Below, in pieces: positions 11,723 to 21,400 of a stretch of DNA of 64,000 bases. Made by a program: the position numbers and the translations under genes. The DNA is from Obrimoposthia wandeli (Eukaryota): positions 248,001 to 312,000 of the forward strand of contig CDROCS010000506.1 of assembly GCA_977020255.1 (NCBI GenBank), in the 5' to 3' direction. Under the pieces are notes generated by a model that was not told the origin of the DNA, ran no database searches, and was given only the letters and a program-made list of their open reading frames with translations. Position 1 is the stretch's first letter. Every line of letters begins with the position of its first letter.

Positions 11723-12070
11723 TTATGATGAGATGATTCTATGTTCATTCGTAAAACCATTGTGAATATGCCACTCCCCACGAAATTGATTACTCATAAA
11801 TAACGGACACAAAATAGCATCACGGGTTTGTAAACAGTCTAATTTGGCGGCTTGACCACGGTAAGTCGTTTCTAACCAATGTGAATCAGCCACTTCGGGA
11901 TAGTCAAAGTCACGTTTACCTGACTCCCACAAAATATATTCTCCCGAAGTGCGAATAAAGCGCGCTTCTTCATCAGAAATATCAAGCACTGATTCAGACG
12001 CTAACTCGCCTTGAGTTTCAAATTGATATAACAAAATTAATTTATCAGTTTCAGTTATCTGACCAAGCAT
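11723..12070 (-). CDS. Hypothetical protein (115 aa)
   Basis: Stand-alone ORF with normal codon style; no motif recognised. Confidence 0.6.
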   Translation of the reverse strand: MLGQITETDKLILLYQFETQGELASESVLDISDEEARFIRTSGEYILWESGKRDFDYPEVADSHWLETTYRGQAAKLDCLQTRDAILCPLFMSNQFRGEWHIHNGFTNEHRIISS

Positions 12071-12310
12071 GCTGTTACACTCTATTCATGGGGTATAATT
12101 TAACGTTAGCCAAGATAAATAAAAATGCATGAATTAAGTGGCAGATGTATGATGTGGATACAAGCGGTTATAAAAAACCCAACGTAGATCGCACTAAATA
12201 AGACTGAAATGTCTCGCCTTCGCAGTTGCTATACAACCTATATACAAACATAGCGAAAAACACAAAATACAATAACTAAATATCGAATGGTATAAAGAGG
12301 TAAGGATACA

Positions 12311-13015
12311 ATGGATACACATGTATTGGTGGTCGAAGACCAGCAGGATATCGCTAATTTAATACGCATCAACCTAGAGATGATAGGCAACAAGGTTATT
12401 TGTTGTCACAACGCCAAGGATGCTTTTCAACAGTTAAGCGAACACACCTTCCAACTTATCTTGTTAGATCTCAATCTACCCGATATGGATGGTCTCGATA
12501 TCTGCAAAAAAATACGTTCGACTGACGCCATTGTCCCAATCATGATGCTCACAGCACGTACTGAAGAGCTAGACCGCGTACAAGGCCTTGAAGCAGGCGC
12601 GGATGATTACCTAGCTAAACCATTCAGTGTGTTAGAATTACAAGCACGTGTTAAAGCCCTATTACGTCGAAGTAATGTACAAGCAGTAAAGAATAACGAA
12701 CCAGAACACATCAAAATTGCCGACCTAATCATAGATCAAGCAACGCACAGTGTACGTAGAAACGACACGTTAATTACCCTCACCAGTACTGAGTTTTCGT
12801 TATTGTTGTTTTTAGCTAAATCGCCGGGTCGTGTCTATAGCAGAGAACAGTTACTGGCAGAAGTATGGGATTATCACAACGACTGTTATGAGCATACGGT
12901 TAACTCGCACATGAATCGATTAAGAAACAAAATAGAACCAAATCCAGCTAAGCCTACTTACATCAAAACCGTGTGGGGCGTTGGTTATAAACTGGAGGTC
13001 AGCGATGTCACATAG
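12311..13015 (+). CDS. OmpR/PhoB-family response regulator
   Basis: Receiver motifs VVED, LLDLNLPDMDG and GADDYLAKPF; wHTH motifs LTSTEFSLL, SREQLL and KTVWGVGYK. Confidence 0.95.
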   Translation: MDTHVLVVEDQQDIANLIRINLEMIGNKVICCHNAKDAFQQLSEHTFQLILLDLNLPDMDGLDICKKIRSTDAIVPIMMLTARTEELDRVQGLEAGADDYLAKPFSVLELQARVKALLRRSNVQAVKNNEPEHIKIADLIIDQATHSVRRNDTLITLTSTEFSLLLFLAKSPGRVYSREQLLAEVWDYHNDCYEHTVNSHMNRLRNKIEPNPAKPTYIKTVWGVGYKLEVSDVT

Positions 13016-14474
13016 ATCCTTACTAGGACAGATAACTTTCCCGTTGATTATATTGTTTGTCATCATGGCAACTGGATTATTTGTTATTTATTGTGCGATC
13101 ACCGATACCAACTCGGCTCGCGTAGAACAAACATTACATAAAAACTTAGCTCAGCAAATCATCCATTATTCAGATGATTTGCAACAAGGCGATATTAGCC
13201 GTTCAGCACTCAAGCCCGCCTTTCATAGCTTAATGTTGCTAGGTCCGAGCTATGAAATATACATCACGGATAACCGTGGCCAGCTATTAGTGTATGCCGC
13301 AGAGTCCAATAAGATAAAACGTAATACCATCGACATAAAACCGCTAGAACGCTTTATTAAAGGCGCTAATTATCCGATTTATGCCGATAATCCAAGAAGT
13401 CCAGATCAGCAAAAACTATTCTCATCGGCGCCAATATTCAAAAATAGCCAACAAATTGGTTATGTATTTGTGATCCTTGGCGGTGATAAATACGACAGTA
13501 TCGTCAAGAATTTAGCCTTCGACAGCGATATGTATAAGATCCTTGCTGCTTTGATCATATTCTTTGCCCTCGCCTTTGCGCTATTAGTGTTTATTTTTGC
13601 ACGACTTGTTCGCCCTATCAGTCAGTTAGACAAAGATATGACTAACTTTGTTAATAGTGATTTTAGTACTGTCTCTAATTCAACACCCGATCAATATGCT
13701 GCCAATGAAATTATCAATCTGCATAACAATTTTGGCTCATTAGAAAGTAAGATCAATAAACAGCTGACACAGATAAAATCAACCGAGCAACTACGCCGTG
13801 AGATGCTGTCACATATCTCTCATGACTTGAAAACCCCACTGGCGTCATTGAAAGGTTATCTAGAAACCTGGTTATTACAGTATCCAGACGCTGCAGGTAC
13901 TGACTTTATCCAAGTGGCACAGAAAAATGCCAATCAATTACAACGCCTTGTCGAACAGATCATTGAGTTGGCACAATTGGACAGTAATACGGTTAGCTTA
14001 TATCAGGAGCCCGTAGCGGTGGCAGAACTTGCACAAGATGTATTAAGTAAGTTTCAGCTGCAGGCACAGCAAAAGAATATCACTCTGTCTGTTGAGCCTA
14101 AAGACCCTAGCCTGCAAGCCATTGCCGACATTGCAAAATTAGAGCGGGTACTCACTAACTTAGTTGATAATGCGCTAAGGCATTGCCAATCTGGTGACAG
14201 TATTAAGATCCAACTGCAGCCGAAAGATAATCAACTTATCATTAGTATTGCAGACTCTGGAGTTGGGATCCCGAAAGAAGATGTTGACCATATTTTCGAT
14301 GCCCATTTTAGAGCAAAAAATACCGTCAATGGTCAGCAAGGAAATTCAGGGTTAGGACTCGCTATCGTGGCGAAGCTACTGTCCTTGCACCATTCAAATA
14401 TCTCGGTATCGAGTGTGTTAAGCCAAGGTACGACATTCAGCTTTAGTTTGCCGACAACGAGCGTCAGTATGTAA
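13005..14474 (+). CDS. Sensor histidine kinase (periplasmic sensor, HAMP, HisKA, HATPase)
   Basis: Two TMs, ISHDLKTPL H-box, NLVDNA, DSGVGIP and GLGLAIV. Start moved to ATG 13005 (SD GGAGG), overlapping the regulator stop. Confidence 0.93.
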   Translation: MSHRSLLGQITFPLIILFVIMATGLFVIYCAITDTNSARVEQTLHKNLAQQIIHYSDDLQQGDISRSALKPAFHSLMLLGPSYEIYITDNRGQLLVYAAESNKIKRNTIDIKPLERFIKGANYPIYADNPRSPDQQKLFSSAPIFKNSQQIGYVFVILGGDKYDSIVKNLAFDSDMYKILAALIIFFALAFALLVFIFARLVRPISQLDKDMTNFVNSDFSTVSNSTPDQYAANEIINLHNNFGSLESKINKQLTQIKSTEQLRREMLSHISHDLKTPLASLKGYLETWLLQYPDAAGTDFIQVAQKNANQLQRLVEQIIELAQLDSNTVSLYQEPVAVAELAQDVLSKFQLQAQQKNITLSVEPKDPSLQAIADIAKLERVLTNLVDNALRHCQSGDSIKIQLQPKDNQLIISIADSGVGIPKEDVDHIFDAHFRAKNTVNGQQGNSGLGLAIVAKLLSLHHSNISVSSVLSQGTTFSFSLPTTSVSM

Positions 14475-14480
14475 ATTTTT

Positions 14481-14517
14481 TTCTGCAGTTTAGCCTTAAT
14501 ATCTAAGCTGCAGAATT
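14481..14517 (+). terminator. Hairpin/terminator after the kinase gene
   Basis: TTCTGCAGTTTAG...CTAAGCTGCAGAA inverted repeat followed by TTT. Confidence 0.55.
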
Positions 14518-14687
14518 TCCCCTAAACAATTCAGAACACGTCACTTTCTATTTTATTCCCCCTCCATTGAACCATTAATTTTTAAACTACATAACGTCAG
14601 CATTTACCCTTATCGCTGCAAATATCCAAAGCATCGCTAATCTTAAATGAGGCTCTGCCTGTTTCCTCTAGTTTAGGATTATACAAT

Positions 14688-16073
14688 ATGAGAATGTTAA
14701 AAATCACCCACGCAGCTATGTTAATCACATTAATAACTGGTTGCGCTAATTTCGAAAATAAAATGGCATCCACCGCTGAATTACAGAGAATGGCTGAAAT
14801 CAATATTCAGGCAAATAAAAGAGTCAATGATGCAGCAAATTTAGTTGAACAACGTTACCTCAAAGCCTCTAGTGAAAACTTCAATTTTTATGCTCCGAAT
14901 ACTTGGAAATCGGTCCAAAAAGACATCGTTGACATGCATGGCATAGTTAACCGGTTTGATCCTAGCGATCAAGGTTTCTTTGGTGGCCCTTCAGAAGAGA
15001 AAGTGCTCTCCAGTATTCGTGAGGTGAATGATGGCCTGAGTCAAGCTGAACACGCGAAAGCAAGGATAATATCTTTTTTATCGAAACCACTCGCCGATAT
15101 TGAATACCTAACACCTAAAATAACGCCCACTTGGCAACGCGATTTTGCAAGTATTAATAAAGCGTTGAATAAATTAATCAGCAATATTGAAATGAATAAT
15201 GTGTCATCCAGACAAGCCGCAAATAGAGATAATTTACAGCAGAAATTGAGTGAGCTTGAAGTTAACATTGTCACTGCAGAATATTACACACCGTTGGAAG
15301 CTAAATTTAACCAATTAAATCAAAATCTAATTCCGCAAAGCTACAACCGAGTCCAACTGGAACTGCAAAACCTCACAACAGTAATAGCCTTAAGTTCACG
15401 GGACGTAGTAGCACTAGATGAAGCTGCAAACTTAGCCAAGAAATATATTCAGCGTGCAGAACACGTGAGCAGCGATGTCGATTGGATCAATAGATTAGAT
15501 AAAAAGCAACGCGAGAAAATAGTACTACATTATCGTTCAACACTCGAAGATTTAGGGCATAGATTTCTAGGCCAAGATCTTTCGGATTTATCCTATAAAC
15601 AACAAGTGAATACCTTTAAGCTTGAGCTTTCTGCAATGCTAAGTGAATTTGATTCTGATGATGAGACTGTTCAAATTGCTGAAAATACCCTAACACTTGT
15701 AGATGTGCCTAAAGACGAAAACGTTATCAATACAGCTCTTGTAGATGTACCTAAAGACGAAAGCGTTATCAATACTGCTCTTGTTGATGCCCCTAAAGAC
15801 GAAAGCGTTATCAATACTGCTCTTGTTGATGCCCCTAAAGACGAAAGCGTTATCAATACTGCTCTTGTTGATGCCCCTAAAGACGAAAGCGTTATCAATA
15901 CTGCTCTTGTTGATACCCCTAAAGACGAAAGCGTTATCAATACGGCACTTGCAGATCCCCTTAAAGACGGAAGCGTAACCACAGCAACGCTTGAAGAAAC
16001 ACTTATTGAAACAACACAAGTAGCTACATTAGCGACAACATCACCAACAACAAACACGATTAAAAATAATTAA
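14688..16073 (+). CDS. Hypothetical lipoprotein: helical body plus C-terminal 14-aa tandem repeats and Thr-rich tail
   Basis: Lipobox ITGC with Ala at +2; coiled-coil-like middle; repeats LVD(V/A/T)PKDESVINTA. Confidence 0.8.
   Translation: MRMLKITHAAMLITLITGCANFENKMASTAELQRMAEINIQANKRVNDAANLVEQRYLKASSENFNFYAPNTWKSVQKDIVDMHGIVNRFDPSDQGFFGGPSEEKVLSSIREVNDGLSQAEHAKARIISFLSKPLADIEYLTPKITPTWQRDFASINKALNKLISNIEMNNVSSRQAANRDNLQQKLSELEVNIVTAEYYTPLEAKFNQLNQNLIPQSYNRVQLELQNLTTVIALSSRDVVALDEAANLAKKYIQRAEHVSSDVDWINRLDKKQREKIVLHYRSTLEDLGHRFLGQDLSDLSYKQQVNTFKLELSAMLSEFDSDDETVQIAENTLTLVDVPKDENVINTALVDVPKDESVINTALVDAPKDESVINTALVDAPKDESVINTALVDAPKDESVINTALVDTPKDESVINTALADPLKDGSVTTATLEETLIETTQVATLATTSPTTNTIKNN
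15696..15989 (+). repeat. 42-bp coding tandem repeat, 6 near-perfect units plus 1 degenerate unit
   Basis: Units start at 15696, 15738, 15780, 15822, 15864, 15906 and 15948; units 3-5 are identical (CTTGTTGATGCCCCTAAAGACGAAAGCGTTATCAATACTGCT). Confidence 0.97.
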
Positions 16074-16409
16074 TCATATTGTCTAACGTATAAGTACAAA
16101 CTAAGCGGTAAACAAGCTACTACTTGGTTTGTATTGTACTATATTGTATTCGCCCACTTATAGCGAAGAACACCTGTTTAACAAAATCATCCTCTTCACC
16201 TCTATCGCTAGTAGTAAACCTTATACTACAGAGGTAAATAAAGAACCTACCAATAACCTTAACAATCGATATCGACAATCAAAGTCACTTTTAGTCACAG
16301 TAAAACTAGACTCTCATGCCCAGTCAGGATATTTTAGGCGGACTAATTAACTACATCATCAAGTATGAGTTAATTAATAGGAATATAAACATATATAACA
16401 AGGAATACT

Positions 16410-17210
16410 ATGAGTCTTGAAGTTCGCGATCTGTCTATTTTATTAATTGAGCCTTCGACTACACAAAATAAATTCATTAAAACACAGCTGCAAGATGCTG
16501 GTGTTGATAATATCGAATGTGTCGTATCAATCACACAGGCAAAACAAAGTTTAACCGGCTTTATTCCGGATTTAATCATCAGCGCTATGTATTTTGAAGA
16601 TGGCTCTGGCGCTGAGTTTGCCGAGTTTGTTAAGTCAAATGCACTCACTGAAAATATCGCCTTCATGCTCATCTCTAGCGAACAACGATTCTCAGTATTA
16701 GATCAAGTAAAACAAGCTGGTGCAATTGCTATTTTACCTAAGCCGTTTAAATTTGTTGATTTGCAACGCGCACTAAATGCGACGCTTAGCTACATTGAAC
16801 CAGAAGAAATAGAACTCGATTTATACGACGTCACGGCATTAAGTATTTTGGTCGTTGACGATAGTCTCACCGCGAGAAAACATATCTGCCGCGTGTTAAA
16901 TAGCATGGGCATTGTCGGTGTCACAACTGCCGAAAATGGCGTTGAAGCACTGGAGTATTTGGCGCAAAATACCTTCGACTTGATCGTTACCGATTACAAC
17001 ATGCCAGAAATGGACGGTAAGGAATTAGTTGAACGTATCAGAATGAACCCAGAGTTATCGTACCTACCGGTCTTAATGGTAACGTCTGAAGAAGGCAGTG
17101 CTCAATTATCTGCAGTCAAGCAAGCTGGTGTATCTGCGTTATGCGATAAACCATTTGATATTGATACGGTAAGAATGCTGGTTAAACAGCTGTTAAACGA
17201 AGAAGATTAA
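16410..17210 (+). CDS. Tandem receiver-domain response regulator (pseudo-REC + CheY-like REC)
   Basis: Domain 1 has IEPS...DLIISAMY (no phosphoacceptor Asp). Domain 2 has VVDDS...DLIVTDYNMPEMDG...KPF (canonical). Confidence 0.88.
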   Translation: MSLEVRDLSILLIEPSTTQNKFIKTQLQDAGVDNIECVVSITQAKQSLTGFIPDLIISAMYFEDGSGAEFAEFVKSNALTENIAFMLISSEQRFSVLDQVKQAGAIAILPKPFKFVDLQRALNATLSYIEPEEIELDLYDVTALSILVVDDSLTARKHICRVLNSMGIVGVTTAENGVEALEYLAQNTFDLIVTDYNMPEMDGKELVERIRMNPELSYLPVLMVTSEEGSAQLSAVKQAGVSALCDKPFDIDTVRMLVKQLLNEED

Positions 17211-17263
17211 CTAAAAATAGTAACGAAAAATAATAAAAATACTAAGATCGAATAAGAAGTAAT

Positions 17264-17302
17264 AAAAAGGGAAATAGACTCATTCTGAGCGTTTCCCTTT
17301 TT
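17264..17302. terminator. Bidirectional terminator between convergent genes
   Basis: AAAAAGGGAAA...TTTCCCTTTTT inverted repeat. Confidence 0.7.
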
Positions 17303-17318
17303 AATATGTGACGATTTA

Positions 17319-18236
17319 TTAATTCGCTATTTTAATGCCTTTCAACTGCTGAAACGAACTGGCTTTAGCATCTTTTAAAAACTCACTCATGTAAGGCATT
17401 TCCAATTGTTCAACACGGATTGCAGCATAGAGCGTAGTCCAGCAACTCTCTTCGCCCAGCGGCTTCGCAATAATATAATCTTTCTCTAAATATTCTGTTA
17501 ACGCCCAATTTGGCAATGCAGCCACACCGCGGCCACTCGCCACCAGCTGTAACATCATGATGGTCAATTCTGCATGGCGAATTGCATGCGGTGATACACC
17601 TGCCGGATCTAGAAATAAATTGAATATATCGAGACGTTGTTGCTCGACAGGATAAGTAATTAAGGTTTCTGTCGCTAGATCTTCTGGATCAATATACGGC
17701 TTACTCGCCAACACATGATGACGACTCACCGCGAGCATTGGCTGGTAGCTAAATAGCGGTTCGTAATGAATACCAGATAATACTTGGGGATCGGACGTAA
17801 CCACTAAATCGACATCACCACGTTGCAACGCAGGTAAAGGCGCAAAACTAAAGCCAGATGCTAAATCTAATTCAACTTCAGGCCATTGATCACGAAACAC
17901 ATCAATCGCCGGCATTAACCATTGAAAGCAACTATGACACTCAATCGCCATGTGCAAGCGCCCGGCATTTCCCGATAATAATCGACTGATATCGCGCTCG
18001 GTATTGGCAAACATGGGTAAGACAGATTTAGCGAGTTTAAGCACTCTCTCCCCTGCAACGGTAAAGCGCAATGGCCTGGTTTTTCGAATGAATAACGCCG
18101 TATTTAAACGATCTTCGAGATCTTTAATCTGATGTGACAACGCCGACTGAGTCATATAAAGACTTTCAGATGCCTCCACTAACGAGCCTGTTTTTTCTAA
18201 CGCAATAATCGTTTTCAAATGCTTAACTTCGAGCAT
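17319..18236 (-). CDS. metR: LysR-family methionine regulator MetR
   Basis: MLEVKHLKT, LYMTQSALSHQIKDLE, GRLHMAIECHSCFQWLMPA; divergent from metE. Start set at ATG 18236 (SD AAGGA). Confidence 0.95.
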   Translation of the reverse strand: MLEVKHLKTIIALEKTGSLVEASESLYMTQSALSHQIKDLEDRLNTALFIRKTRPLRFTVAGERVLKLAKSVLPMFANTERDISRLLSGNAGRLHMAIECHSCFQWLMPAIDVFRDQWPEVELDLASGFSFAPLPALQRGDVDLVVTSDPQVLSGIHYEPLFSYQPMLAVSRHHVLASKPYIDPEDLATETLITYPVEQQRLDIFNLFLDPAGVSPHAIRHAELTIMMLQLVASGRGVAALPNWALTEYLEKDYIIAKPLGEESCWTTLYAAIRVEQLEMPYMSEFLKDAKASSFQQLKGIKIAN

Positions 18237-18315
18237 CGTTAATTTCCTTTTAAACTGATGACTCACTTCAGCATAAAGACAACTTCAATTAATTTCAACT
18301 TAATCCGTAAAAATA

Positions 18316-18328
18316 TGAATTTGATTCA
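18316..18328. promoter_or_regulatory. MetR binding site
   Basis: TGAA-TTTGA-TTCA matches the TGAAnnTnnTTCA MetR dyad in the metR/metE intergenic region. Confidence 0.75.
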
Positions 18329-18351
18329 CGTTAGATAATAGTCAATACTTT

Positions 18352-18375
18352 AGCCATCTAAACGGCTTTACGTTT
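18352..18375. promoter_or_regulatory. Tandem MetJ boxes
   Basis: AGCCATCT-AAACGGCT-TTACGTTT: three contiguous 8-mers matching AGACGTCT at 6/8, 6/8 and 5/8. Confidence 0.7.
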
Positions 18376-18417
18376 AAGAGTGTTTATAAAAATCAAACAA
18401 ATCAAATGGAGTTGCAA

Positions 18418-20709
18418 ATGGCTAAATCACACATATTAGGTTTCCCACGTATCGGTGCAGACCGCGAATTAAAAAAAGCAATTGAGTCATATTGGAAAAA
18501 TGACATCAGCAAGATTGAGCTGGAAGCCGTTGGTAAACAGCTGCGTGCTAAACATTGGCAGCAACAAATTGATGCTGGTTTAGACTTCATCACTGTGGGT
18601 GACTTTGCTTGGTACGATCAAGTACTCGCATTATCAGCGACATTAGGTGTGATCCCTGCACGTCATCAAGAAGAAGATGTTATCACCCTAGATACATTAT
18701 TTAATATGGCGCGTGGTTCAAGCCCTTGCTGTGGTCAACAAGCTGCAGCGTGCGAAATGACTAAATGGTTTGATACTAACTATCACTATCTTGTACCAGA
18801 ACTTAACGAAGATCAGCAGTTCGCGTTAAGCTATAATCAATTAATTGAAGAGATCCAAGAAGCAAAAGTACTTGGTTTCCCAATTAAAGTTAATTTATTA
18901 GGGCCTGTAAGCTACTTATCATTGAGTAAGACCAACAGTGATTTTGATAAACTGACGCTACTACCACAACTTGTTGCTACCTATAAGCAGTTGCTAGCTA
19001 ATATCGCAGCAGAAGGTATTGAATGGCTACAAATTGAAGAACCAATTCTAGTACAAGACCTAACCAATGACTGGCAACAAGCCTTTACTAGCAGTTATGC
19101 AGCATTAGCTCAAGGTACTAACAAGCTATTACTTACCACTTACTTTGGTGCACTAGGCGATAACGCTGAATTAGCATTTTCACTGCCGGTTGATGGTTTC
19201 CATATAGACTTGTCTCGTGCACCTGAGCAGCTTGATACGGCATTAGCATTATTACCTGCTACTGCTATTTTATCTGCGGGTATCGTTAATGGTCGTAACA
19301 TTTGGCGTAATGATCTTACCCAATCAGTGGCTGTATTACAGCAAGCAAAAGCACAATTAGGTCAGCGCTTATGGGTTGCTTCATCATGTTCGTTACAACA
19401 CAGCCCGGTTGATTTAAATAACGAGACTAAGCTTGATAGTGAACTAAAATCTTGGTTAGCTTATGCAACGCAGAAATTAACTGAAATTAGTACCATCAAT
19501 GCACTGTTAAACGGTGAACATTCGACAGTACTCACAACCCAACTCAACGAGTCTGCGGCGGTGGTATTATCTCGTGCAACGTCATCACGCATTCACAACG
19601 CTGCAGTTAAAGCGCGTGTTGCCGCGATTACTGACAAAGATGCACAACGCCACAGTGGCTTTACTAAACGCATAGTAAGCCAACAGCAAGAGTTAAACTT
19701 ACCCCTGTTCCCAACAACAACTATTGGTTCGTTCCCACAAACCAGTGATATTCGTCAGACCCGTAATCAATTTAAACAAAATGTGATTAGCCAAGACCAA
19801 TACATCACCAAGATGCAAGCTGAGATAAAAGATGTGGTCGCCCGCCAAGAAGCGCTGGGCCTTGATGTACTCGTACACGGTGAGCCAGAACGTAATGACA
19901 TGGTTGAATACTTTGGTGAATTACTTGATGGCTTTGCATTTTCTAAAAACGGTTGGGTACAAAGTTATGGTACGCGTTGCGTTAAACCACCAATCATCTT
20001 TGGTGACATTTCTCGCCCAGCACCAATGACTGTAGCTTGGAGTGAATATGCACAAGCACAAACCAACAAACTAATGAAAGGTATGCTTACCGGTCCAGTG
20101 ACTATCTTATGCTGGTCGTTTACGCGTGATGATATTAGTCGTGAAGAACAGACTAACCAAATTGCCTTAGCGATCCGCGATGAAGTAGTTGATTTAGAAC
20201 AGGCTGGTATTAAAGTCATTCAGATTGATGAACCAGCACTGCGTGAAGGGCTACCGCTACGTAACAGTGAACAACAAGCTTATTTAGATTGGTCAACCAA
20301 AGCATTCCGTATTAGCGCGTCAGGTGTAAGAGACAATACCCAGATCCATACACACATGTGTTACTGCGAGTTTAACGACATTATGCCTTCAATTGCAGCA
20401 TTAGATGCAGATGTGATCACCATTGAAACATCACGATCTAACATGGAGCTATTATCTGCGTTTACTGACTTTAGTTATCCAAACGACATTGGTCCTGGTG
20501 TTTATGACATTCACTCACCTAACGTACCAAGTGTTGAATGGATGACCCAGTTAATCACTAACGCCAGTGAATATATTGACGTTGCACGTTTATGGGTTAA
20601 TCCAGATTGCGGTCTTAAAACCCGCGGTTGGCCAGAAACTGAAGCTGCGTTGCAGAACATGGTCACGGCTGCGCATAACTTACGCGATACCTTTTCACAT
20701 AAGGCTTAA
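18418..20709 (+). CDS. metE: Cobalamin-independent methionine synthase
   Basis: GFPRIGADRELK, MTKWFDTNYHY, HGEPERNDMVEYF, IHTHMCY and WVNPDCGLKTR. Start at ATG 18418 after GGAG. Confidence 0.98.
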   Translation: MAKSHILGFPRIGADRELKKAIESYWKNDISKIELEAVGKQLRAKHWQQQIDAGLDFITVGDFAWYDQVLALSATLGVIPARHQEEDVITLDTLFNMARGSSPCCGQQAAACEMTKWFDTNYHYLVPELNEDQQFALSYNQLIEEIQEAKVLGFPIKVNLLGPVSYLSLSKTNSDFDKLTLLPQLVATYKQLLANIAAEGIEWLQIEEPILVQDLTNDWQQAFTSSYAALAQGTNKLLLTTYFGALGDNAELAFSLPVDGFHIDLSRAPEQLDTALALLPATAILSAGIVNGRNIWRNDLTQSVAVLQQAKAQLGQRLWVASSCSLQHSPVDLNNETKLDSELKSWLAYATQKLTEISTINALLNGEHSTVLTTQLNESAAVVLSRATSSRIHNAAVKARVAAITDKDAQRHSGFTKRIVSQQQELNLPLFPTTTIGSFPQTSDIRQTRNQFKQNVISQDQYITKMQAEIKDVVARQEALGLDVLVHGEPERNDMVEYFGELLDGFAFSKNGWVQSYGTRCVKPPIIFGDISRPAPMTVAWSEYAQAQTNKLMKGMLTGPVTILCWSFTRDDISREEQTNQIALAIRDEVVDLEQAGIKVIQIDEPALREGLPLRNSEQQAYLDWSTKAFRISASGVRDNTQIHTHMCYCEFNDIMPSIAALDADVITIETSRSNMELLSAFTDFSYPNDIGPGVYDIHSPNVPSVEWMTQLITNASEYIDVARLWVNPDCGLKTRGWPETEAALQNMVTAAHNLRDTFSHKA

Positions 20710-20774
20710 GCCATAGCGCTATGGCTGTAACCTGAGGCTATAACCTTAAGCTATACCCTCAAACTATAAAATGC

Positions 20775-20802
20775 AAAAAGGAGAGCAACCGCTCTCCTTT
20801 TT
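20775..20802. terminator. Bidirectional terminator after metE
   Basis: AAAAAGGAGAGC-aacc-GCTCTCCTTTTT. Confidence 0.85.
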
Positions 20803-20867
20803 ATTTCTATTTCTATTGTTCTTACATTCTAGAGCCTTAGCTTATGCTAATAGCAAATAATGTGAGA

Positions 20868-21167
20868 TTAATAATCTACCGCTGCACGCTGACTGGTGAT
20901 ACTTTTCATCATAGGTAATACTGCTTGATGTGCTGGATGATCTTGATACACATCTAATGTAGCACGAGAGTCTAGATCCGCAATTAATACTAAATCGTAA
21001 GAGCCTGCGCCTTGCAGACAATCAATACCCACTTCCAAACGTTGTAACCCAGGGATCTGACCATTAAGCGCTTCAAGTGCTTCTTTCGCTAATTTAGCAT
21101 TTGTGCTTTTATCATTACCATTAGCTGTGTCGAGTAAAGTCCACATTACGATATGTTTGAACGCCAT
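20868..21167 (-). CDS. Dabb family (stress-responsive A/B barrel) protein
   Basis: FKHIVMWTL, IPGLQRLEVG, YDLVLIADL and YQDHPAH. Start set at ATG 21167. Confidence 0.85.
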   Translation of the reverse strand: MAFKHIVMWTLLDTANGNDKSTNAKLAKEALEALNGQIPGLQRLEVGIDCLQGAGSYDLVLIADLDSRATLDVYQDHPAHQAVLPMMKSITSQRAAVDY

Positions 21168-21301
21168 GATTGTTCCATCCTTATTAACAAACGAATTATT
21201 CACCCACATTATTCATCCAAACTCTTCATCCAAATAAGGTGGGCATTTGAAGAAGCAAAAGTATAACTTTAAAAAGTCTATTTAGTTGGATGAATGTCAA
21301 T

Positions 21302-21330
21302 ATTTCACATAATTGTCATATAGACATCAC
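21302..21330 (+). promoter_or_regulatory. Putative Pho box (three half-sites at 11-bp period)
   Basis: ATTTCAC-ataa-TTGTCAT-atag-ACATCAC, about 70 bp upstream of a phosphatase gene; resembles the CTGTCAT-N4 PhoB repeats. Confidence 0.5.
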
Positions 21331-21400
21331 AAATGTTTATTACATATGCCCTATATTTAGGCATACAGACGCTCACAAAAACAACTAAATAAGTGACACA

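Noticed and set aside
15671-16057. Three alternative-frame ORFs (128, 109 and 77 aa) over the 42-bp repeat
   Set aside because: By-products of a stop-free tandem repeat inside the lipoprotein gene.
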